Shown here one piece after another: positions 9,101-17,694 of a DNA stretch of 64,000 nt. Under the pieces are notes generated by a model. The model worked only from the letters and a program-made list of their open reading frames with translations. It had not been told where the DNA came from and did no database searches. This DNA is from a virus. Lineage: Duplodnaviria; Caudoviricetes. A program made the translations under genes and the position numbers. The stretch's first letter is position 1. Each line of letters begins with the position of its first letter. The stretch spans positions 22,951 through 86,950 of the IMG/VR virus record IMGVR_UViG_3300037484_000776; one strand, written 5' to 3'.

Positions 9101-12100
9101 GTACAGAACGAGATAATCACTACTTTTGGAGTAAAGACTACTGAGGAAGGCAAGGCTATTTATGAGTTGCTTCTCAGGATTGATGGAGAAGCGGCAGACA
9201 AGGCTTCAGGGGTTAGAAAAACCCTGATACAAACCCTTGAGAAGATGACCGGGGGTGATTGGAAGTACAAGGAAGCCAACGACGCTGAACTAGGACGCCT
9301 AGCGGCTGCTGCTGCCGGAGTTCAGAGCAGGCTTGCTGGGTTTGTAGAGGGACTTAACGAAGAGGTATTGGCCCTTGAAGCCCGCGGTAATAATCTTAGC
9401 GATACTGAAAAAGCCCTTCTTAATGCAGCTAAGGAAATTATTCATGCTCAAGATGCGTATGACATGTTGGCTGGTCGTGCTGAAGCTATACCTGAAAAGG
9501 TTATATCTCTGTTTGACTCGCTTCTGTCAGCTTTTGAGAGTGCGGGAAGCTCAGTAGACGCTATACAAAAAGCAGGAGAGCTAGCTAAAAAGACTGCGGA
9601 TATTGCTCAAAAGGCGATAGTAGAGAGGCTTGCCCAAACCGAGGACACGTTTGCTGCTAAGGCTGAAGCTCAGAGATATGTTTCTACTATAGGTGGGACA
9701 GATGAGGAAAGGATAGCCAGGTTAAAGCAGTTCCAAGACGATATTGATGCGTTAAGGAAAAAGAACGAGAGTGGATCTATCTCTAAGACCGTCTCTTTTA
9801 GAGGGGAGATTTTTCCCGAGAGACCTGGAATTGAGAAGTCTCCCGCTATAGATGAGAGGTTACAAGCTGGTGGCGATGTAGTTCAAGGTGAGATACTTTC
9901 AATACAGAGGAAGCAAGCTGAGAATAACCTTAAAACTCAGGAGCAGGTAGAGCAGCTTGTAAAGGATCTGAGAGAGGTCTCTAGCGGTGCCGACGAGAGA
10001 AGGAAAGCTGCTTTTGATGCTCTTGTAGCGAGCGGTAAAGAATCAGGAGTATTGCTAGGTCAGTTAAAGGCAGGCAATCCTGAAGCTATAGCCAGTCTTA
10101 CCGAAACTGCTGGAGGGTCTACAAAGTTAAGTGAGAAAGGTGTTGCGGCCCGTAAGACCATTACCAATATTGTAGAGACTTACCCGACTCCAGAGCTACC
10201 TGATGAGGCTTTCCTTGCCGACCTAGAAACTAGGAAGCAGCTCGCCATAGCAGAGGTAGAACTCGACAGGCAGAAAAGTAGAAAGCTCTTTACTGAGGCA
10301 CAGACCACTGCGTCAGAAATAACTGAACTTAGTCTAAAATTAGTTAAAGATGAATTAATAGATATTGAAGAGAAGTTAAAGGCTGGCCCTAACGAGTCTG
10401 AAACTCAGACGCTTTACAAAAGAAGAAACGATCTTCAAGTTGAGGAGATTAAATTAAGGGAGAAATTTAACGCGGATACTCAACAGTTCCAGGCTGATGA
10501 GCTTGAGAAGATGCGTAGAAGTCTGGACGCTTCCCTTGAGAGGTTGAAGCGTCGGGCTGAACTCCTTATGAAGAGAGACCCTCTTGGGCGTGGGGGTGCT
10601 GGAGGTATTGAGGATGTTCTCGGTGAGAAGGGGACCCCTTACGGGGACACTATACGTGCTGCCGCTGCTTCTAGAGGTATAGACGCAAGGCTGCTCGCTG
10701 CTCTGCTCAAGCAAGAGAGTGGCTTTAACCCTAGTGCTCGTAGTGGTGCCGGAGCTGGTGGCATTGCGCAGTTCATGCCTGGGACGGCTGCTCAGTACGG
10801 CCTCACCCCAGAGGAGAGGTTTGATCCAGAGAAAGCTATTCACGCAGCGGCAGCTCACCTTGCTGACCTTCTGAGAATGTTTTCAGGAGATGTTGAGAAG
10901 GCTCTTGCCGGATATAACGCCGGACCTGGGGCTGTTAAGAAGTACGGTGGTGTTCCACCTTATGCTGAGACCCAGGATTACGTAAAGAAGATCACAGGAA
11001 TTTACGGTCAGGGGGGTGGCAGTAAAGCTCAGATAACTGAAGGAATGGAGCTTGAGTACCAGGCTCTCCAAGCTCAGCAGATTGAGATAGCCAAGCGTCA
11101 AGCTGCTTTGGATAATCTATCTGTTGATGAGACATCGGACCTGATTCAAGGTATTAAAGACCGTGGTGATTCTGTCCGTGAAGCTATTAAGGCTGACAAG
11201 AAGGAGATTGAAGCCAAGCAAAGGTATATACAAGCGGTTTCTGAGATTGCTAGGATCGGAACGTTTACCGGTCCTGATCAAGTTCAGGCTGAGATTTATC
11301 GCAGCTCTCTTGGTTTTGGAAGAACTGCCGAGCAGAGGTTGACTAGTGTAGGGGACGAAGTTAAAGCTAAGCAAGAGCTTGTTAATCTTCTTCTCAGGGA
11401 GCAAGACGACCTTCTCAAGAAAATTGCGGCTGACCAAAACGATGCCAAACTGGTAGATAGTCTAGCTGCTAACCAGAGAATGCTTGAGGATAACATAGTT
11501 GCGCTTGGAGATCTTAGGCAGCAGGCGATAGGTATTACGCAGGATATAGGTACTGCATTACACGACGCCTTTGATCTTACGCTTTTAGTTGAGGACTTTA
11601 ACCGGGTATCTGAGGAAGGTATTGCCACTCTTGCTAGGGATATTAGAGAGACTATTACTGGCGGCTTCCACGATGCCGGTCTTGAAATAGCCGATGCCCT
11701 ATTCAACCCTGAAGCAGAGAAGAACATAGGAGAAAGGCTAGATAAAGTATTCCAGAAGCTGTTCCAAAGCCTGGCGGAGAGAATCTTTACAGCCTACTTT
11801 GATAAAGCTACTGCTGGTATCTTTGGTCTTCTGCCAGGTCTTGGTGGTAAGCCTGGCGCACCTGCTGCTGGTGCTGCGGTCTCTGGCGCTCCAGTTGCAG
11901 ATGCCGTTACCGCCACTGCGACTGCCATAAAGGATGCTGGAGTTACTGCTGCCAAGGGATCTAAGGGTATTTTCAGTGACTTGTTCTCTGGGATAGGGAG
12001 TATCATTGGCTCCTTCTTCAGTGGTTTGAAAGGGGCAGGCAGTAGTATTATAGGTGGCATAGCCAGTGTGTTTGGGTTTGCACAAGGCGGGATTATCAGC

Positions 12101-12505
12101 GGCAAGAAGGGGGTTGATAAAATTCCCGGTTATGCTGTAGGGTCTGCCGGTGTCTCACCCATTATGGTTAGCGACGGTGAGGCTATCCTTACCAGTGCTG
12201 CTACTTCTATGTTGGGGGCACCTATGATTAACTCCCTTAACAGTGACCCAGCTAGGTTCCTTAAAACCAGCAAGCAAACGACCAGGGTAAGTAATTCTAT
12301 ATCTAGCATGTCTCAAAATACTGTTGGGGCTAGCTATAGGGATAGTGCTTATGGTACACTTGAGGCTCTTGGGGGGCTAGAGACTGCTGTAAGGCAGAGT
12401 TCTGCAAAGGGTGTTACTCGCATAGAGGTGCATAAGGACGCTATAAACATGACACTCAGGGACTTCCTTGCTGAACATTTTGACGACTTAATCGCTACAA
12501 GATAA
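6152..12505 (+). CDS. Tail tape measure protein with lytic transglycosylase domain
   Basis: 2117 aa, Ala/Leu/Lys-rich helical sequence. TP901-type core (~7450-8300: TKFSTQEIAAGAKTLAQAG...) plus an SLT domain. Confidence 0.92.
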   Translation: MATPNLTLEASVDVLLKGGRIDEGALIKAISHRLESAKIPDFLINTKFAVGGKAVSREQVLKEIEDFQLRAAKVIDKANSRLSVTGISDLRKNELLERNRNLTAIREYLNQVKNLYNSATVGPKTAVAGAEEAIKGLLAGTHDLSKVTKAQAAAAKEAARAWLDEANAIQQVINKVNKLGSRAAVFGKGVQGNIEDVSRLSFPALQQQRATLQENARLLLARTNEETARKAAERQRKEDIAVLARQSEVIRKAAERQRKEDIAVLARQSEVIRKSEEAREIKASREAEKLRADQEKRATKSYGVSAAASPGLDVLEKQAAYGKEALERGGGLGDTRGAVLAAAKHDLPYIIRYLEVVKARADEAANALLTTSGGSTKQFKDAAKEVHSYGQALDTAKERLSGHNTLLSQAGKLLQQFGRYGLGYAALYQALAGFKQLVTGIVNLDDELKSIQAISQATAEQMQTIETVIKRASLATKFSTQEIAAGAKTLAQAGVKPENFSEALGASAEFATAAGTTMDIAADLLTTMRTVYKEVNDTTLANQLTRALNISKLTAEDLKVVLSLSAQMAESFNLSSEQYLSAAAVLRNAGLKASTVATGFRQALIEVFSPDDKSIKIIAKRYAQLGESIDIKGIRAKFFSFTQEENPLLAGLNELRRLGVGGTGASIFGRAFDVRTENALKALIANFEELQKAESKITFGNAAAEAAATQMESLANSLKNLGSAIQITSYEMVSGALPGIEDLTDSLTDAIIKLGDLNTELKTLGGPGIEGTALNALLAGGAAAVRAPGGALGKAGAFVGGTLIGGTASVGTSYTGTQAGLPPAVTEAIATIVSILGGAWIVKGAKSLKRLVSPILTAATTGATATAAAETATVLGSLSLGLKGILPGIKLIGKRLASIFGPVGAFLAAIFTVVDLFKAFTTDKTDEIKRRAEAAQKGSKDAQAAYEEQLKGIKTYTRSKPGKPAEKGSTAAKFEEAERDYQDVQNEIITTFGVKTTEEGKAIYELLLRIDGEAADKASGVRKTLIQTLEKMTGGDWKYKEANDAELGRLAAAAAGVQSRLAGFVEGLNEEVLALEARGNNLSDTEKALLNAAKEIIHAQDAYDMLAGRAEAIPEKVISLFDSLLSAFESAGSSVDAIQKAGELAKKTADIAQKAIVERLAQTEDTFAAKAEAQRYVSTIGGTDEERIARLKQFQDDIDALRKKNESGSISKTVSFRGEIFPERPGIEKSPAIDERLQAGGDVVQGEILSIQRKQAENNLKTQEQVEQLVKDLREVSSGADERRKAAFDALVASGKESGVLLGQLKAGNPEAIASLTETAGGSTKLSEKGVAARKTITNIVETYPTPELPDEAFLADLETRKQLAIAEVELDRQKSRKLFTEAQTTASEITELSLKLVKDELIDIEEKLKAGPNESETQTLYKRRNDLQVEEIKLREKFNADTQQFQADELEKMRRSLDASLERLKRRAELLMKRDPLGRGGAGGIEDVLGEKGTPYGDTIRAAAASRGIDARLLAALLKQESGFNPSARSGAGAGGIAQFMPGTAAQYGLTPEERFDPEKAIHAAAAHLADLLRMFSGDVEKALAGYNAGPGAVKKYGGVPPYAETQDYVKKITGIYGQGGGSKAQITEGMELEYQALQAQQIEIAKRQAALDNLSVDETSDLIQGIKDRGDSVREAIKADKKEIEAKQRYIQAVSEIARIGTFTGPDQVQAEIYRSSLGFGRTAEQRLTSVGDEVKAKQELVNLLLREQDDLLKKIAADQNDAKLVDSLAANQRMLEDNIVALGDLRQQAIGITQDIGTALHDAFDLTLLVEDFNRVSEEGIATLARDIRETITGGFHDAGLEIADALFNPEAEKNIGERLDKVFQKLFQSLAERIFTAYFDKATAGIFGLLPGLGGKPGAPAAGAAVSGAPVADAVTATATAIKDAGVTAAKGSKGIFSDLFSGIGSIIGSFFSGLKGAGSSIIGGIASVFGFAQGGIISGKKGVDKIPGYAVGSAGVSPIMVSDGEAILTSAATSMLGAPMINSLNSDPARFLKTSKQTTRVSNSISSMSQNTVGASYRDSAYGTLEALGGLETAVRQSSAKGVTRIEVHKDAINMTLRDFLAEHFDDLIATR
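6836..6973 (+). repeat. Perfect 66-bp tandem duplication inside tape measure (22 aa RKAAERQRKEDIAVLARQSEVI x2)
   Basis: Identical units at 6836-6901 and 6902-6967 plus a 6-bp partial copy. Confidence 0.95.
10640..11005 (+). other. Soluble lytic transglycosylase domain within tape measure
   Basis: KQESGFNP catalytic Glu motif, GIAQFMPGTA and ALAGYNAGPGAV motifs. Confidence 0.92.
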
Positions 12506-12732
12506 TGTTACTTTCCAGATCGCAATATGTAAGGGAAGGTGCGGATTGCTGGGTTACTTTTACCGGCACTCCGCATCTTCAAGTAACCTGGGGTTTGACC
12601 GGAGGTCCAGGAGTATTGTTCTTTTCTTCCGAGTACACTGATGCCAATGGTATTGCTTATGCTATGTATAGGCCAGGAGCGTCTACAGCAGGCCAAGTGG
12701 CGACCATAACAGTTTCTTACAGAGAAATTTAA
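12505..12732 (+). CDS. Small tail protein, Ig-like (Big_1-like)
   Basis: VTWGLTGGPG...TDANGIAYAMY...ATITVSY pattern of invasin-type Ig domains. Confidence 0.45.
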   Translation: MLLSRSQYVREGADCWVTFTGTPHLQVTWGLTGGPGVLFFSSEYTDANGIAYAMYRPGASTAGQVATITVSYREI

Positions 12733-13275
12733 ATGCCTACTGTCTCTAATAGCACTACCTTTGATGTGACCTCTGCTGCCGATGTGATAGTGGAAGAGGT
12801 AACCATACCCATTATTTCTGCTCCTTTAGCGGCCCCTGATGGCACTGGTAAATTAGTGCACCCTACTCTCGGTACTTATATTTATGAGTATGCTCCTACT
12901 AGTTGGACCAATATAGATACTGATATTATAGTTAAACCCGAGTGGATGACTGAGAAGGTACTGACGGGCCAGAAGTTCACGCTTTGGCGTGGATATGATA
13001 GAGATGTGGTGGTAAAGGAGAAATGGGCAGCGAAAAAGGGTGACGCTGCTATGCTTAACGGGCAGATACGGCAGTTGCTTGACTTTTATCAGAACCCTCC
13101 TACGCCCCCCAGTTATGTAGCATGGTATCCAGATTATACGACTAACCTGGGCTTCTATGTAATTATGCTTTCTCTTACCGCTGGAGGCGACGGCATCACT
13201 TTCGATTATTTCACAAGGACGGGTATGTTTATCGGTGAAGTTGAACTTACAATGCAGATAGCGGCTAGAATCTAA
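12733..13275 (+). CDS. Putative distal tail protein
   Basis: 180 aa directly after the tape measure block; positional inference. Confidence 0.45.
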   Translation: MPTVSNSTTFDVTSAADVIVEEVTIPIISAPLAAPDGTGKLVHPTLGTYIYEYAPTSWTNIDTDIIVKPEWMTEKVLTGQKFTLWRGYDRDVVVKEKWAAKKGDAAMLNGQIRQLLDFYQNPPTPPSYVAWYPDYTTNLGFYVIMLSLTAGGDGITFDYFTRTGMFIGEVELTMQIAARI

Positions 13276-14258
13276 TGGCTCTTTATAAAGTTTTAGATAA
13301 TCCCGTAGTGAGGTTCGACAACGGACTTCCTATGGCGCCGTTTGGCGGTGATGATGCTGTAGTATGGATAGAGGGAGTGGGTCTTGTAGGTTATGTTTAT
13401 AACTCAGCTTACGGTAGCGACTGGTTTTACGGGACCATATCTTTAGACGGCAAGTGCTTTATGGTGCAGCAAACTTTGTCTGCTTTGGAGCCTAAGTCTA
13501 TACGAAACGATGAGATGAGGAACGACGCATTATTGGAGATATATGGGTCTGGAGCCTTTACGGAGTTTGACGCAGCTAACGGATTTTACGGAGACTATGC
13601 CTCTGCTGTTCCTGTCAGCATTTATTTTAGTATGCGTGGTAAGTCTAAGATATATGGGACTAATAGCACCCGAGTTATTAGCTGGCCTTTAAACTCTACA
13701 AGCCTCGCCACCCCTACTAACGAAGGAGCCTATGTTCACAGTATAATGCAGACGGGGTACGCCCACTTTATGTACCCTAGAAGCGACGGCTCTTACTACG
13801 TTTGTAACAAGAGTAACGGCTCTATACAGGCTTACAACCCCAAGACCCAAACCTTCTTCGGACCTCTGTTGCGTCTGGAGTCTAAGGCTTACCAGTCCAT
13901 AGGGTACAGTAAAAAGTACAATATATTTATAGCCGTCTATAATTACATCACCTCTCCGGCTCAAGCGGCTGTTGCAGTTTATACCGTTGATACAGTTCCA
14001 AGTGTAGTTAGCGAAGTAGAGAGGGTTGTAGTAGGTGACATGGCAGGAGGAGTACTTAACCAAGTTAAGGTCAGGGTAACAGGGGACTTGGATGAGGGGG
14101 TTTATAATTTCCCGGTAAACTGGGAGATAAGTGCTGGGGATGGTACATTACTTAATGAACAAAGTATGACTGATGAGGATGGCTACGCTTTTAATTATTT
14201 AATCCCTGGCCTAGCCCTGCCTAACTCTACGACTATACAAGCTACGATAGATTATTAA
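13275..14258 (+). CDS. Tail-tip protein, beta-rich N-terminus with C-terminal Ig-like domain
   Basis: C-terminal QVKVRVTGDLDEG...PVNWEISAGDGTL...TDEDGYA...TIQATI. Confidence 0.55.
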   Translation: MALYKVLDNPVVRFDNGLPMAPFGGDDAVVWIEGVGLVGYVYNSAYGSDWFYGTISLDGKCFMVQQTLSALEPKSIRNDEMRNDALLEIYGSGAFTEFDAANGFYGDYASAVPVSIYFSMRGKSKIYGTNSTRVISWPLNSTSLATPTNEGAYVHSIMQTGYAHFMYPRSDGSYYVCNKSNGSIQAYNPKTQTFFGPLLRLESKAYQSIGYSKKYNIFIAVYNYITSPAQAAVAVYTVDTVPSVVSEVERVVVGDMAGGVLNQVKVRVTGDLDEGVYNFPVNWEISAGDGTLLNEQSMTDEDGYAFNYLIPGLALPNSTTIQATIDY

Positions 14259-14271
14259 CTAAGGAACTTAA

Positions 14272-15411
14272 ATGAGTCTCAAGCGAGTCTTTTCTTCTGA
14301 TACTCTTCCTCTTCTACCGAATGAGTCTTGGTCATCTATATACGGGTTTAATATTGTAGCGGTTAAAGAGGATGTCGTTGGAGCCCACTCTGTAATTTAT
14401 GTGATGGCCTTTGTACCTGGCACGGCATCGAGAGGCAAGGTTTGGAGGGTACACCCTGTAACGGGAGAAATTCTTTCTACTTTTTACACTGGCTGGTATA
14501 CAGCTGGATTTACTACGGTCCTCTATGATCCGAGTGGTTCTGGTATGTATTGGGTGTATAATACTCCAGCCATGAAGTTTCATCAGTTCGATATCTCTAC
14601 GTTTGCTACAGTTCCAGGAGGGGAGACTGTCCCACTTTATCATGTTGATCAAGATTGGGTTGATGAAGATGATAACCCTATTATAATGTCAGTCGGTTAC
14701 TCTATTATTAGGGATAGGGATATTATAGTTGCTCGGGATAACGGATTGAACCAACACACTCTAGGTGTTTACTCTATTTCTCAGCACAAGAGACTTTATA
14801 AAATTGCCGTTCCTGTTTCTGCTAATAACTACAGGCAAGTGAGTAACATGACGAAGGACTCTGCCTTTGTTATGTCAGTCGATGGTGTTATTGTTCCCAT
14901 AGATTTAACGTTCGGCTCCAAGGCTGGAAGGTCTCTATCTGTTGGTGGTTTTTATGTTCCGCCTTTATCTGAACGCGGCAACGTCGCTACTGCAAGGTTT
15001 GTAGTTTGTTTTGACGAAACCTACAAGCGTATGCACTTGTTCTTCCCTAATCCAGTGTCTGGTGGGAGCACTTACCAAGGGCCTAAAGGAGTATCAACTG
15101 CCAAAGTGCATTCTTTTACGCTGACATCTTCTCCTCGTCATGTTACTAAACCTATACCTTTGTCAATGCCAAGAAAGAATCAAAGGACAAAGATAGCTAG
15201 CTTTTTACACTGTGACGGAGGTAGGCCATGCTATGACTGGCCCTACACAGCAGAAGAAGTTGGTGATGGCACTTTAACCTCCACCTCCTTTACAGGAAGA
15301 TCTAACAAGGATGGGGCTGTTATTTTGAATTTTAACGCAGGTGCTACTGGTGAGTATGAGCAGTCGGTTACAGTATCAGTAGATCACGAGGAGAATTATT
15401 ATGAGGTCTGA
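14272..15411 (+). CDS. Tail-tip protein, beta-propeller-like with C-terminal Ig-like domain
   Basis: Similar architecture to the preceding gene (VGDGTLTS...SNKDGAVILNF...VTVSV). Confidence 0.5.
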   Translation: MSLKRVFSSDTLPLLPNESWSSIYGFNIVAVKEDVVGAHSVIYVMAFVPGTASRGKVWRVHPVTGEILSTFYTGWYTAGFTTVLYDPSGSGMYWVYNTPAMKFHQFDISTFATVPGGETVPLYHVDQDWVDEDDNPIIMSVGYSIIRDRDIIVARDNGLNQHTLGVYSISQHKRLYKIAVPVSANNYRQVSNMTKDSAFVMSVDGVIVPIDLTFGSKAGRSLSVGGFYVPPLSERGNVATARFVVCFDETYKRMHLFFPNPVSGGSTYQGPKGVSTAKVHSFTLTSSPRHVTKPIPLSMPRKNQRTKIASFLHCDGGRPCYDWPYTAEEVGDGTLTSTSFTGRSNKDGAVILNFNAGATGEYEQSVTVSVDHEENYYEV

Positions 15412-16885
15412 CGTTGGGTATTACGATCCAACAGATATTGACAGAGATGTAGTGGTCTATCTGTGGAAGGGGGCTAGGGTAAAAGATATTATCCTTAAGA
15501 CTGGTTCTCCCACTACCAATTTATCAGGTATGGTTAGTTCTTTGTCTGTGTCCAGCAGTAAGGTATCTCTGATTTTAGTTTGGAGCGATGAATTTTTAAC
15601 GTGTTCTGCTCAACCTGTTTATGGTGATTTTATTTCTGTAGAAGTTGATGGGTTGGTTAGGATGATCGCCATGGTAGCTACTATGGACTCTATCGAGGAG
15701 TCCCGGGGGGTAAGACGCATCTCTTTGACTGCTCGTACATCGGACGGCTTGGCAGGATGGAAGGACTATAAGGCAAGCAGCAGCGTATACCCGATTGGCA
15801 TAGCTTTATCTACCATTGCCGAGGATGTATTGAAGAGGTTGTTTGGGTTGGACCAGTACGGTTATGAGTACTCTATTCCTGCCAGCCCTTATGTTGTGGC
15901 CCATTCTAACGCCCAATTGTCAGAGCTATCTCCCTGGGAAATGCTGGAGACTCTATACTTACCCCTGGGCTACAAGCCCATGATGAACGCCCTTAATCAG
16001 GTAAGCTACGTCAGTAAGGACTTGATAGGCAGAGATACCGATGTTGTTGTGGAATCTGAGAACCTAGTTAAAATATCTGGATCTCGTTCTGAACAGAGGA
16101 CTGACAGGATACAGATTTCTTGGTTAGATCCTAATTTAACCAAGTCTTTACAAGCTGATCAAGTTCTTAATTCTGCTACTATAACTGCTGGGTTTTTCGA
16201 TTGGCACCAAACTCAAGAAGTGTTTTTTAGTTCTGATAGGACGCAAAGAGCGCAAGACACTTATATGGTTATCAAGGAGTCTTGTAATTCAGGTTTGGTG
16301 CCTGTAGCGGACGAGGATTATGAAGAGAGGGATGAGTATCACGGCCATATAGAACTGACTTCTACCGGCTGGGTGCCAGCCCTAGCTACAGCATCTCTTG
16401 CTACTAGGCTTGCCGCGGCTTCTCAAGAAGATGGAGTACAGACGGTTCCTGCTACTGGGACTGGTGTAACTATACCTATAGGTAGGATTGTTGAGGCAGC
16501 AGCTGATGTTGGTATTATGTTGGCGATGATGAGCATTGGGACTGGGATGTATGAAATTTGGGGTCGTCCCTACACTATGGTCCACGCCAGGAATAAAACT
16601 CTTATCGTAGCGGCAGGGGCCTCGCCTTGGATGCGCAATGTTACTGAGTTAGAGAATGATTTTATTAGTTCTGAAAGTCATGCTCAGGAAGTTGGCATAA
16701 GGGAGCTTACTTATCAGGCTTTGGAGGCAAGTAGTTGGGGAGCAGATGTTGTCGATGATCCGAGGATTGAGGTAGGGGATATTGTTCAGATTGGGGATTA
16801 TGGGCGGCTCTATGTGAGCGGATGGAGTTTAGAACTTGCAAGAGGGTCTAAGGCGACCCTCTCACTCCAGGGCTTTAAGTGTTAA
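15401..16885 (+). CDS. Putative baseplate hub / central tail tip protein
   Basis: 494 aa. The C-terminal VVDDPRIEVGDIVQI...VSGWSLEL pattern is typical of gp27/Tal-like hubs. Confidence 0.6.
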   Translation: MRSDVGYYDPTDIDRDVVVYLWKGARVKDIILKTGSPTTNLSGMVSSLSVSSSKVSLILVWSDEFLTCSAQPVYGDFISVEVDGLVRMIAMVATMDSIEESRGVRRISLTARTSDGLAGWKDYKASSSVYPIGIALSTIAEDVLKRLFGLDQYGYEYSIPASPYVVAHSNAQLSELSPWEMLETLYLPLGYKPMMNALNQVSYVSKDLIGRDTDVVVESENLVKISGSRSEQRTDRIQISWLDPNLTKSLQADQVLNSATITAGFFDWHQTQEVFFSSDRTQRAQDTYMVIKESCNSGLVPVADEDYEERDEYHGHIELTSTGWVPALATASLATRLAAASQEDGVQTVPATGTGVTIPIGRIVEAAADVGIMLAMMSIGTGMYEIWGRPYTMVHARNKTLIVAAGASPWMRNVTELENDFISSESHAQEVGIRELTYQALEASSWGADVVDDPRIEVGDIVQIGDYGRLYVSGWSLELARGSKATLSLQGFKC

Positions 16886-16895
16886 GGGGAATGCT

Positions 16896-17408
16896 ATGGG
16901 ATTACAAACTTATCTTAAGGCAGCAGATACCTCTAAAAAGAAGGGGGTTGTAGAAGGCAAGATCTTGTCTGCCCCTGCGCTGGTCTATTCCGACGGGACT
17001 AATGTAACGTATGCGTGCGATGTAGACATCGGCCAGGTAGGAGTTATAGACGAGAACGGTACAGAAGGTACTCTTCCAATGTACGGGGTTCCTCTTGCTG
17101 CTGGCAACAACAAGTTGCTTTACGCACAAGTAGGAAACGCTGTCCTGCTCAGGCTGACGGGTTCAGGTACATGGGAGATCTATGCTTTCTCTACCATGCA
17201 GCCAGGAACTCTTACTATCGTTACCATATCTCTTCCAAACCTGTGCGATGATTTCCCTGCTATCGAAGTGCAAAGCACAGTTCAGATGGGCTTCACAGTC
17301 GTTGCCCTAACTCTGGAAGAATTAGGAACTTTCCGACCATTCGGAACCTTGCCTCTTGGCTCCTCAGCCCGCTACCTGAACAACAGGCTTTACGATATAG
17401 GTGTTTAA
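16896..17408 (+). CDS. Tail-associated hypothetical protein
   Basis: ATG at 16896 with SD aagggg, just after the hub gene stop. Confidence 0.55.
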   Translation: MGLQTYLKAADTSKKKGVVEGKILSAPALVYSDGTNVTYACDVDIGQVGVIDENGTEGTLPMYGVPLAAGNNKLLYAQVGNAVLLRLTGSGTWEIYAFSTMQPGTLTIVTISLPNLCDDFPAIEVQSTVQMGFTVVALTLEELGTFRPFGTLPLGSSARYLNNRLYDIGV

Positions 17409-17681
17409 GTGCGTTACTGGTCTGAAAAAGAGACTTTGAAACTCCTAGCCTTGCTTGAGTCAGGGATGACTGATGCTGAGATTAGTGATAGAATGGAGAG
17501 GACAAAGGATTCTGTTACATACAAAAGAAAGCAATTTAGGGTTCCAGCAGTCAGGGCATCTGGATGTCCTGTAGTAGGGATGTCAGCAAGTGCCGCATCT
17601 ATACCTTGGGGGCCTTGCTCTAAACCAGGTGCCGCGCATGCTTGGCATTTAGGAAGAGATAGACTAGTGGTTTATATTTAG
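17409..17681 (+). CDS. Small HTH (GcrA/Myb-like) DNA-binding protein
   Basis: WSEKETLKLLALLESGMTDAEISDRMERTKDSVTYK matches the W-x-x-E...L...G-x-T-x-x-E-I-A...RT-x-x-S/A-V pattern. Confidence 0.55.
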   Translation: MRYWSEKETLKLLALLESGMTDAEISDRMERTKDSVTYKRKQFRVPAVRASGCPVVGMSASAASIPWGPCSKPGAAHAWHLGRDRLVVYI

Positions 17682-17694
17682 AGAGCTTATATAA

